Source: a virus. From it: 64,000 nt of DNA. Of this stretch, positions 46,306 through 54,328 are shown one piece after another. Position numbers and translations under genes: made by a program. Under the pieces are notes generated by a model. The model ran no database searches, had not been told where the DNA came from, and saw only the letters and a program-made list of their open reading frames with translations. Location: IMG/VR virus record IMGVR_UViG_3300007734_000760, positions 64,001 through 128,000 of that record; one strand, given 5' to 3'. The number at the start of each line of letters is the position of its first letter. Position 1 is the first letter of the stretch.

Positions 46306-48222
46306 TTACCAATATCCACTAAAATTTGATTTAATACCTAACAATTTAGCATATCTTGGTAAATTACAACTCCAATATGATGCTTTTGTTCTGTCTTTTT
46401 TATTTTTACAATCATGGCGGGATGCAAATGCTTTACGAGCTTTTGGATTGTTTAATTTAGCATGTAAACCGCCTCCAGCCATACCAAAACTAACTTTTTT
46501 AATTTTTTTAGTTTTAGGATTACGTACATATACATAAAATTTCTTAGATCCGCCACGTTTAGGTTTATTTAAAGGTGGAGCTTTTTTATCTTTAGATTCA
46601 TTAAGATTGTAAAATTCTTGAAAATAATTACTAAACATGTCATACACCAGTTCTTTAATACTAGTATCAGCACTTACTTCTATGTAATCATATATATCTA
46701 TGTCACGACCATCTTTTTTAAAGTCACAATCATCTACATATGTCCATCCATTTTGTTTTAAATGAGTAGCTATAAATGGAAGAATAAATCTATATATTAT
46801 AATATAACAACTATCTTCTACTCCTCCAGTTTGTATGTCAAATAATTCTTCTTTAGAATTAGGATAAGCGTGGTATAAGTAGTCAGGATAATCTTGATTA
46901 TTTTCTATGTCTAGTTCCATATATACATCAGTATACCGCTCCCATATATTATTTATAATTTCTGAAGTGTGATTTTGTATCATCATGGGTATATCAGAAT
47001 CTTTAAATATATCTTTATCATTTTTAAAAATATCATAAATTTCTTTAGCAAAAGGTAAAGTTAAAAAAGATTTAAAAGATGTAGATGAGTTAGGTTTGAA
47101 TACTTTAATTTCTTTAAGATTTTTGAATTTTTCAATTGCTTTAATAGCATAATCAACTGCCAAATCATAAGAGTTATATTCATTTGAATATAGCTCCAAG
47201 GAGCTAATAGATACTTCAATAGCTTTAAGAGCTAAAAAAGCCGCTTCATATCTTTCAAAATCTTCATCAAAACCTTCTGGGTCCATGTCATATTCAAGAG
47301 ACTGAACTATAGTTTCAATATCAAAACTAGCATGGTCTGCTGTTTGTTTCTTTTCTTCTGTTGGATTTGCTAGATATGTTTTAGTAGCCTCTATTGCTTT
47401 ACGAGGACTTTTATTATCAGGATATTTTTCTTCCCAAATATATAAAACCCTCTCAGCGCATTGGATAGCTAGAGATTGTTTTTCTTTAGCATCTTTAGTT
47501 GCTTTTATTCTAGATTTAAGAGATTGAAGTATAGGAAGTTGTGAAGGTTTAAATACTTTAATTTCACTAAGTCCTGCTTTTGCAGCGGTTAATAATATAT
47601 TAACTTCTTGATTTGTTAAGTATTTTTTTAATACTATTAATACTTCATAATAGTTTACTTTATTTTTTGGATCTTGTGTAAACAGTTCTTGTAGTTCATT
47701 ATATAAATTAAGATAAGTTTTATTCTCATTAGTATCAAAATATTTATTCATTACTATCCCAAGTAAATTACTTAATGGTTGAAATCTAATATCTTTAGCA
47801 TACTCTACATCGTCTTTAGTACCTCTTTCATCTGTTATTTCTTCATCTTTTTCTTCCATTATCATATCTAATGGCACTTTTTTACCATCATACATTCCAT
47901 ATTCACCTAAATTTGTTTCTAAAATAATATGTTTATCATCATTATTTACATGAATAGCATTACGAGAATATAAATAACGTGCTTCAGCCCATAAATCTAA
48001 AAACGATTCTGAACCATAACGAAATGTATTTTCTGTAATTGATAACTTATTTTTAACATGATGCTGCATGTTTTCAGTCATAGTTATTTTAGCTCTTAGA
48101 CTTTCATTTAATACTGGACCTTTGTTACCTACATTTTCACATGAATGACAACCACAATTACATGATTCTTTTTTAGGTGGGGTAGAGAGTAATTCTCTTA
48201 TAAGTTTATTAATGCGCTCCAT
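46306..48222 (-). CDS. Putative internal-head polyprotein with two tandem IKVFKP cassettes and a basic C-terminal domain
   Basis: LSE-IKVFKP (Imm5-like), LKE-IKVFKP (acidic), then LNE followed by KKVSFG...RKAFASRH.C...YWSC. Confidence 0.65.
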   Translation of the reverse strand: MERINKLIRELLSTPPKKESCNCGCHSCENVGNKGPVLNESLRAKITMTENMQHHVKNKLSITENTFRYGSESFLDLWAEARYLYSRNAIHVNNDDKHIILETNLGEYGMYDGKKVPLDMIMEEKDEEITDERGTKDDVEYAKDIRFQPLSNLLGIVMNKYFDTNENKTYLNLYNELQELFTQDPKNKVNYYEVLIVLKKYLTNQEVNILLTAAKAGLSEIKVFKPSQLPILQSLKSRIKATKDAKEKQSLAIQCAERVLYIWEEKYPDNKSPRKAIEATKTYLANPTEEKKQTADHASFDIETIVQSLEYDMDPEGFDEDFERYEAAFLALKAIEVSISSLELYSNEYNSYDLAVDYAIKAIEKFKNLKEIKVFKPNSSTSFKSFLTLPFAKEIYDIFKNDKDIFKDSDIPMMIQNHTSEIINNIWERYTDVYMELDIENNQDYPDYLYHAYPNSKEELFDIQTGGVEDSCYIIIYRFILPFIATHLKQNGWTYVDDCDFKKDGRDIDIYDYIEVSADTSIKELVYDMFSNYFQEFYNLNESKDKKAPPLNKPKRGGSKKFYVYVRNPKTKKIKKVSFGMAGGGLHAKLNNPKARKAFASRHDCKNKKDRTKASYWSCNLPRYAKLLGIKSNFSGYW

Positions 48223-48240
48223 AATAATAAATATTATTAA

Positions 48241-49083
48241 TTATAGTTTAAGTTGAGGATATGAACTAGAAGGCGTAATAGCTGTAAAATTTATGTTGCC
48301 TTTTATTGCTTTTGCTTTTAATTCATCTCCATTATATATGTTATAGTTATTAGTATTTGAAGATATTAATAAGTAATAATCGCTTTGTTTTATATTAATG
48401 TAACTTGACACATATTTTAATATTAATATGTTTTTAAGATTATTTAGATTGTCAGGTGTAACATTTATGTTTGAATTAGGATATATGTTATTTAGTTTAA
48501 AATTTATATCTTTTAAAAATAATTCTTTGTCTAGTGTTGAGTTATATATTTTTTTAATATATTCTGGCAGATGTGATACACGAGGTACTTCATATGTTTT
48601 ATCTAAATAAGAAAATAGTTTTTGAATATTGCCTCCTCGACCTATACCCTTACCTGGAAATCTAGCATATGATCCTTTAATTTCTATAATATTTCCATTA
48701 ATGTTTATATCACCTTTATATTTTTTTGACTTTGCAGCATTTTTAAAGAATAATATTAATGCCATTTCAGATTTACCAATACCGTTGCCGCTTTCACTAG
48801 GCACTATACCTATTATATTATTAATAAATTCTTCATCAAATCCAGTTTGTTTAATAAGTTCTACTAAATTAGTATTAACTTTTAAATCATCAAGTGTTAA
48901 CTTAGGATCATCTAAATATTTAGATAATTTAACATCTTGATCAGAATGCATAGCTATAATTACTATTAATTTACTTAAACTTTCACTTAAGTTTTTTAGT
49001 TTAAGTTTTTCTTTTAATTCTAAATTTAAAGATTTTTTTTCTTTTTTAGAAAATGTTTTTAAAAACCTATTTATTATGTCCAT
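48241..49083 (-). CDS. Restriction-endonuclease-like (PD-(D/E)XK) protein
   Basis: GIGKSE.AL and GDI.I.G..IEIKG catalytic-like pattern. Confidence 0.5.
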   Translation of the reverse strand: MDIINRFLKTFSKKEKKSLNLELKEKLKLKNLSESLSKLIVIIAMHSDQDVKLSKYLDDPKLTLDDLKVNTNLVELIKQTGFDEEFINNIIGIVPSESGNGIGKSEMALILFFKNAAKSKKYKGDININGNIIEIKGSYARFPGKGIGRGGNIQKLFSYLDKTYEVPRVSHLPEYIKKIYNSTLDKELFLKDINFKLNNIYPNSNINVTPDNLNNLKNILILKYVSSYINIKQSDYYLLISSNTNNYNIYNGDELKAKAIKGNINFTAITPSSSYPQLKL

Positions 49084-49607
49084 TAAGCTGGTGTTTCTTT
49101 AGTTGGAGGTGTTTCTGGAGCGGATGATTCAGGTGCTGGTGCTTCTGCTTCAGGTGCAGGCGCAACTTCTGAAGTAGAATCTGTTGGTACTTCTTCTTTA
49201 ACTACTTCTTTAGCACCATAAGATAAAATTCTAGCTATAGCTTCAATACAGTTTTGTTCTTCACTTAAATTTAATAAATAATATCTTTTACCTTCTACTT
49301 TACTAATCCATGTTCTATCAGTATAAATTAAGTAAAATACTTGATCATTACCTAATATAATACGAAATGTTGTAGGACGTGGTGCTACCCACTCAATATC
49401 TTTTAAAAATAAATCAAATTGGGTTGTTAGTAATTTAACTAAAGCATCATATAATGTAGGGAATTTATTTAACACTGGGAATCGAGTATTGTCTAAAGAT
49501 ACAGCAGATGGATTATCTAAATCTATTTCATCTGATTTAGTATTAATTTTAGAATATACTTGTTTAACTAGTGTTTTAATTCTATTTTTAAATTCACTTT
49601 TAGTCAT
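49083..49607 (-). CDS. Putative internal-head protein
   Basis: MTKSEFKNRIKTLVK leader; WVAPRPTTFRI and EGKRYYLL; Pro/Glu-rich tail. Confidence 0.55.
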   Translation of the reverse strand: MTKSEFKNRIKTLVKQVYSKINTKSDEIDLDNPSAVSLDNTRFPVLNKFPTLYDALVKLLTTQFDLFLKDIEWVAPRPTTFRIILGNDQVFYLIYTDRTWISKVEGKRYYLLNLSEEQNCIEAIARILSYGAKEVVKEEVPTDSTSEVAPAPEAEAPAPESSAPETPPTKETPA

Positions 49608-50113
49608 TATGATTTTAATTTATTTATTACTTTTTTAACTAATTCATTAATTTGATTTTCACTTTCTGGAGGTATTATAGAATTATAATCTGTCATATCT
49701 AATGTTTTACCGTTTTGAGCTAATTTAATCATATTTTCAGTAGCTGAGTGTAAATCCATATCTGTTTTAGCATCTTCTCTTGCAAACTCCATAACACGAA
49801 TTAGTAATGGAATATCCATTGTAACAATATCTATAGGATTTTCTCCTACTGTTTTACGAGTTTTAACATAATTAGCTGAATCTATTTTAGGAGCAAATAA
49901 TGTTTTTTTAATTACTTCTTTGATTCGCTGTTGTTCATTTTTCATAGATTTACTTTTAGCTAATTTAATTGCTCTACCCCAAGCTACTTTTTCAGCATCG
50001 GGACCGTATTTATCTACAAAATCATCAACTTTTTGAAGATATCCACCAAAAATATCTTTAGCTATTGCTAATTCTCTAGTGGATAAGTCTTCAAAAAGGA
50101 TTGATTTTTTCAT
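49607..50113 (-). CDS. Hypothetical modular protein
   Basis: F.DKYG.DA..VA.G.A and D.VTMDIPLLIR.MEFARED segments. Confidence 0.55.
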   Translation of the reverse strand: MKKSILFEDLSTRELAIAKDIFGGYLQKVDDFVDKYGPDAEKVAWGRAIKLAKSKSMKNEQQRIKEVIKKTLFAPKIDSANYVKTRKTVGENPIDIVTMDIPLLIRVMEFAREDAKTDMDLHSATENMIKLAQNGKTLDMTDYNSIIPPESENQINELVKKVINKLKS

Positions 50114-50114
50114 A

Positions 50115-50288
50115 TTACTTTACTTTCGCTTCAGCTACTGAGGCTTTGTTGTAAGCAGCGATTATTTTTTTCATTTCGCTTAATGCTTTACGAGCTCTAC
50201 CTTTAGCAGCTTTAGGTGTGTCTTCATGATTTACTTTAGCAGTTTCAAATAACTCACTAATTTTTGTAAATAGTTCTTGTGTGTTCAT
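50115..50288 (-). CDS. Histone H1-like Hc1-family small DNA-binding protein (absent from the ORF track)
   Basis: 57 aa MNTQELFTKISELFETAKVNHEDTPKAAKGRARKALSEMKKIIAAYNKASVAEAKVK; KAA..RARKA..E..K......KAS pattern. Confidence 0.65.
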   Translation of the reverse strand: MNTQELFTKISELFETAKVNHEDTPKAAKGRARKALSEMKKIIAAYNKASVAEAKVK

Positions 50289-50319
50289 AGATTTGATTTA
50301 TTTATTGGTTTATATTGTT

Positions 50320-50799
50320 TTAAACATTAGATTGTTGTCCACCACCTAACATAATTTTATTTAAAAATTGAATCGTGTTACGAATTTGAGTTATTAATTT
50401 TTCATCATTAGATTTTAATGCTGAGTCATATGCTGACATTAAGTGACTATGAATATCTTTTTGTTCTGGGGTAATACTTTGGGGTGAAGCCATTGTGTCA
50501 CTTGTAGTAGGATTTTGAGGTATATCTAATGATGTATCTGCTGGTGGAGAAGTTTCGTCTGGTTTAGTTGGTACTTCAGGTATTTCCGCTTCTGGATCTT
50601 GAGGCATCACGTCTTTAGCTTTTTTCTTTTTAGCTTCATCTAAATCAAGTTCATCGATTTGAGGTGAATTATATTCATTTAAAATTATTTCTCTAATTTT
50701 TTCTTTCATTTGAGATTTAGTCATTTTATCTCCTATTGACTCTTTGATAAGTACTTTACCAAACGCCAACTTTTGCATATTTTCAAATTGATTATTCAT
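50320..50799 (-). CDS. Putative internal-head protein
   Basis: FENMQKLAFG tag followed by MTKSQMKEKIREIILNE leader. Confidence 0.55.
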   Translation of the reverse strand: MNNQFENMQKLAFGKVLIKESIGDKMTKSQMKEKIREIILNEYNSPQIDELDLDEAKKKKAKDVMPQDPEAEIPEVPTKPDETSPPADTSLDIPQNPTTSDTMASPQSITPEQKDIHSHLMSAYDSALKSNDEKLITQIRNTIQFLNKIMLGGGQQSNV

Positions 50800-50810
50800 T
50801 GTAGTTTTAT

Positions 50811-50818
50811 TATAAATA
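50811..50818 (-). promoter_or_regulatory. Putative late promoter TATTTATA
   Basis: Upstream of 50799. Confidence 0.6.
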
Positions 50819-50826
50819 TTGTGTTT

Positions 50827-51465
50827 TTATTTTCTATCATGTAAATAATCAGTTAATATTGTACCTATCGCGCCAGTTTTTTGTCTTAATAAAATCCATT
50901 CATCTAATGATAATATATGTTCCTTTTTATAATAAGACAAGGTTAAAGATGCAATAAAGTCATTATTTAAATCTTGTATAGATAACATATAAAAAGATTT
51001 AGTTTTATATTCTTTATTATGAACAGGAAATAATCCACAATCTACAGTATTATTTTTACAATTAGATATAGCAATTTCACCAGTATTATATAATGTTGAA
51101 AATACTTTAGGAAATAATGATACAGGAATATTTTGAAACATATCTTTTACTGATGGAGCATCACTTGTTGTTTGTTCATAAAATATACTAAACTTTTTAA
51201 TAGATTTACCTGTTGGATAAAAATTACCACCATTATGAAATTGAGAAATACATATTCTATCACATTCTAATTCTTTCATAAGTAATTCAAGTTGCATATC
51301 TACTTTTTCATCAATTTTAATTGATTCTCCTAACGCACAGGTATGTTTTTTATTTATAACTTTAACTTTAATAAATTCTACTATTATAGGAGATATTAAA
51401 GCTGTTATTAAAGCTGTCACTACAGTTATTAATGAAGCATTTATTGAAATTATAGAGTAAATCAT
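50827..51465 (-). CDS. Holin-like protein (single TM + GAF-like domain, T4 gpT type)
   Basis: N-terminal TM helix; DRI.I.QFHNGG GAF-like pattern. Confidence 0.5.
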   Translation of the reverse strand: MIYSIISINASLITVVTALITALISPIIVEFIKVKVINKKHTCALGESIKIDEKVDMQLELLMKELECDRICISQFHNGGNFYPTGKSIKKFSIFYEQTTSDAPSVKDMFQNIPVSLFPKVFSTLYNTGEIAISNCKNNTVDCGLFPVHNKEYKTKSFYMLSIQDLNNDFIASLTLSYYKKEHILSLDEWILLRQKTGAIGTILTDYLHDRK

Positions 51466-52031
51466 TTTTTTAAATTTTGTAAGTATTTGATTGTTTCTTC
51501 TTTATTTTCTAATAACTTATTTTTAGTTAAACCAACCCAACGTTCTATATCACCAGCTTCAGTAATAAATGAATCATTAGAACTATTTATAACTTCATCC
51601 ATCCATATACTATAGTCTTTAATAGTATTATCTATATCTGAATTTATAATATTTTTTTCATATTCTTCCCACAACCCCAGTTTACGTAAATCTGTTTCAA
51701 AATCAATTTGACAATTAAAACATCTATTATATTGAATGTAAAATTGCTTGTCAAATTTATTTTTCATTAAATTAGAACAACAAGGACAAAATAATGGTAA
51801 TACTATTGAACGTTTTGCTTTATCTAATTTAGTTAAATTTTGTTTAATACCATTTTTAATAGTCCATGTACGATCATCTTCTTCCCATACATCTCCTTCT
51901 TCATGAAATTGTTTTTGTTTATCATAACCTATACTAGTGATAGTTTTATCACCATGTTTACCTTGAACTAAATTGCGAAGGCGTTGTATATCGTGTTGTT
52001 TAAAATCTTTTTTTAAAACTGATTCTTTCAT
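51462..52031 (-). CDS. Hypothetical Zn-binding protein
   Basis: CPCC ... CFNC. Confidence 0.55.
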   Translation of the reverse strand: MKESVLKKDFKQHDIQRLRNLVQGKHGDKTITSIGYDKQKQFHEEGDVWEEDDRTWTIKNGIKQNLTKLDKAKRSIVLPLFCPCCSNLMKNKFDKQFYIQYNRCFNCQIDFETDLRKLGLWEEYEKNIINSDIDNTIKDYSIWMDEVINSSNDSFITEAGDIERWVGLTKNKLLENKEETIKYLQNLKK

Positions 52032-53476
52032 TATAACTTAGGTTGTTTTTTTAATGTATAATCTTCATTAGTTAAAATTTCTTCTTTTTTAAGATTACTT
52101 AATATTTTATTTAAATTAGCGGTATCAGATAATGGAAATCTAATTGTAGTAGAATTAATTATATCTGGATGTAGTTCTGGTCTTGATCCAGTTTCTTTAT
52201 TTTGAGTAGCATAAAAATCTTTTACTAAATTATAATTTTTAGTAGTCTTTTTTAAAAATATAAATATTATTTTATTTTTATCATCACGTGTTTCATCAAA
52301 ATCAAGTGGACTAAGAGTTACTCCTTTTTCTCTTCCAAAACTAGCTAACTTTTTATATAGTTCACGACCATTTTCTTGATATGTTTTAATATTAGTAGCG
52401 TTTGAAACTGTAGGTTCGCCAAATATTGTTTTTTCAAAGTTTTTATAATTTTCACTTTTATTAGTAAACGCACCAACAAAATATTTTGGATCCATTAATT
52501 TACTTTTTAACTCTTCAGCGTTAATATTATCAGTTAAAATTTCAAGTTCCCACTCGTTTTCTGTACTAGTATTACTAAATGTAGGTTCTTCATTTTCATT
52601 TATATTATTTTTAATTTTATCTTCCCAATTTCTAAGACATATATTACCTTTTAAATATGCTTCTTTTTCTAGTTCTTCTAATTCATCTCCTTCATTAGTA
52701 TTAGTAGTATGAATATTTTGTAATCTACCTTCATTATCTTGTATACGATGAATCATTTCATGAGCATATGAGCGTAATATATCTTTTGGGAGACGATTCA
52801 TTGTATATAATGTAATTGAACAATCATTTGGATCATAATGTGCTGTTTTACCTAAAATATTAGATGCGTTTTTAGAATCGTTGTTTATTAATTTTAATTT
52901 AGGTAAAGGTTTAATGTCCATACCTTTATTAATCATATACTTAGTTAATGATTTTATTGCTTCTTTTAAATTAATAGGAATATTTGATTTCATTTCATTA
53001 ATTGGTTCATTAATGTTGTAGTATAGTTTAACTGCTTTAATAGCATATTCAGCAGCATAAGCACCAGCAGCAGCAGCATAAGCAGCATCAGCAGCAGCAT
53101 AAGCAGCATCAGCAGCATAACCATAAGCAATATTGCCAGCGGCATTTATAATAAACGTTTTAGCGGCATAAAAAGCGGCATTTATATTTTCTTTTGTTAG
53201 GTCAGCTAAACACGCTTTAGCAGCCTCTATTGCTTTACGAGGACGATTATCGTTTGGATATTTTTCTTCAAAAATATGTAAAACTATTTCAGCACATTGA
53301 ATTGCTAAAGATAGTTTTTCTTTAGCATCTCGAGATGCTAATATTCTAGATTGAAGAGATAAGAGTTGAGGAAGTGGTGAAGGTTTAAATACTTTGATTT
53401 CGTTAATATATTTTAATGAAGATATCATTTTATCTTTAAGTAATTCTTCTGTTAAGATATTTATTAAATTTTTCAT
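52031..53476 (-). CDS. Putative internal-head polyprotein: Imm5-like cassette + HEXXH zincin domain + third module
   Basis: INE-IKVFKP; CAE.VL.IFE...PNDNRPRKAIEAA; AAYAAADAAY repeats; AHEMIH...EKEAY. Confidence 0.65.
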   Translation of the reverse strand: MKNLINILTEELLKDKMISSLKYINEIKVFKPSPLPQLLSLQSRILASRDAKEKLSLAIQCAEIVLHIFEEKYPNDNRPRKAIEAAKACLADLTKENINAAFYAAKTFIINAAGNIAYGYAADAAYAAADAAYAAAAGAYAAEYAIKAVKLYYNINEPINEMKSNIPINLKEAIKSLTKYMINKGMDIKPLPKLKLINNDSKNASNILGKTAHYDPNDCSITLYTMNRLPKDILRSYAHEMIHRIQDNEGRLQNIHTTNTNEGDELEELEKEAYLKGNICLRNWEDKIKNNINENEEPTFSNTSTENEWELEILTDNINAEELKSKLMDPKYFVGAFTNKSENYKNFEKTIFGEPTVSNATNIKTYQENGRELYKKLASFGREKGVTLSPLDFDETRDDKNKIIFIFLKKTTKNYNLVKDFYATQNKETGSRPELHPDIINSTTIRFPLSDTANLNKILSNLKKEEILTNEDYTLKKQPKL

Positions 53477-53487
53477 GTTTAATTGAT

Positions 53488-53510
53488 AAAAGACTTAGAT
53501 AGTCTAAGTC
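53488..53510 (-). terminator. Hairpin/terminator directly after a TATTTATA motif
   Basis: GACTTAGA-CTA-TCTAAGTC followed by TTTT. Confidence 0.5.
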
Positions 53511-53513
53511 CCT

Positions 53514-53521
53514 TATAAATA
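53514..53521 (-). promoter_or_regulatory. Putative late promoter TATTTATA
   Basis: Upstream of 53476. Confidence 0.6.
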
Positions 53522-53539
53522 TTAAAAGTATACGAAAAT

Positions 53540-54328
53540 TTATGATTTTAGTTTAACTGTTGTAGGAAATTTATTAAACGATGGTTCATTATGAGTATTT
53601 TCTAATTTATATATATCATATATTTTAGTAAATAAACTCCAGTTTTCTTCAAGTGGACGTGGGGAAGTTGATATTTCCCATCCTTTACCTTGAATGTTAG
53701 TACCTTTTTTATCTGGTCCACGTTTAGATGATTTTAACCATATTACACCAGTATTTTTTATTTTAGATTCATGATTTTCATTCCAACAGGTAGTGTAAGC
53801 TGCTAACTGTAAATCATATGATGTGTGTAAACTGTTTGATGTTTTAATGTCTAATATCCATAATTCATCTTTTAATTTAACAACTAAGTCACAAGTGCCA
53901 GCTATTTTGTGTTCATGTGAAAACAAATGAATTTCACTTTCAATAAGTTCTGGTTTTTCTGTTTCCCAAAATTCAACAAATTTAAGCAACATTTGCCAAA
54001 CATGTAATGAATAAAGAGCATTACCTTTATCATCTAACCAATCAAGTTTTTCACCTGTTAAGTATCTTTCAATTAAACTATGAGTTTGAGTACCATCATC
54101 TGCTGATTTTTTAGCTATGAATTCAGCATTGTGTCCTACATCTTTTAACCAATTTTCAAAAAATTTACCTTTAGGAAAGTACTGTAAAATACTTGTTACT
54201 GAGGGATAATACAAATCTCCATGTTTATAAAATCTATTATCTAAAAAATTAATTTGATTACTTTTACTATCTACTTCAAGTAATCGTTTGATACCTTTAC
54301 TATGTATCGAGTTTCCTTTTTCTATCAT
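53540..54328 (-). CDS. PD-(D/E)XK exonuclease
   Basis: YPSVTSIL, GT..H..IE, AGT.DL, LDIKTS and QLAAY motifs. Confidence 0.85.
   Translation of the reverse strand: MIEKGNSIHSKGIKRLLEVDSKSNQINFLDNRFYKHGDLYYPSVTSILQYFPKGKFFENWLKDVGHNAEFIAKKSADDGTQTHSLIERYLTGEKLDWLDDKGNALYSLHVWQMLLKFVEFWETEKPELIESEIHLFSHEHKIAGTCDLVVKLKDELWILDIKTSNSLHTSYDLQLAAYTTCWNENHESKIKNTGVIWLKSSKRGPDKKGTNIQGKGWEISTSPRPLEENWSLFTKIYDIYKLENTHNEPSFNKFPTTVKLKS

Noticed and set aside
53051-53120. GCA-rich repeat as a regulatory microsatellite
   Set aside because: Explained by coding Ala-rich AAYAAADAA repeats inside the Imm5-like domain.
46081-53401. Diversity-generating retroelement TR/VR pair among the three Imm5-like repeats
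   Set aside because: Differences are not confined to adenines, all copies are coding, and no reverse transcriptase is in the window.
53540-54328. Cas4 / CRISPR association
   Set aside because: Lacks the Cas4 Fe-S cysteine set; an ordinary phage PD-(D/E)XK exonuclease beside primase.
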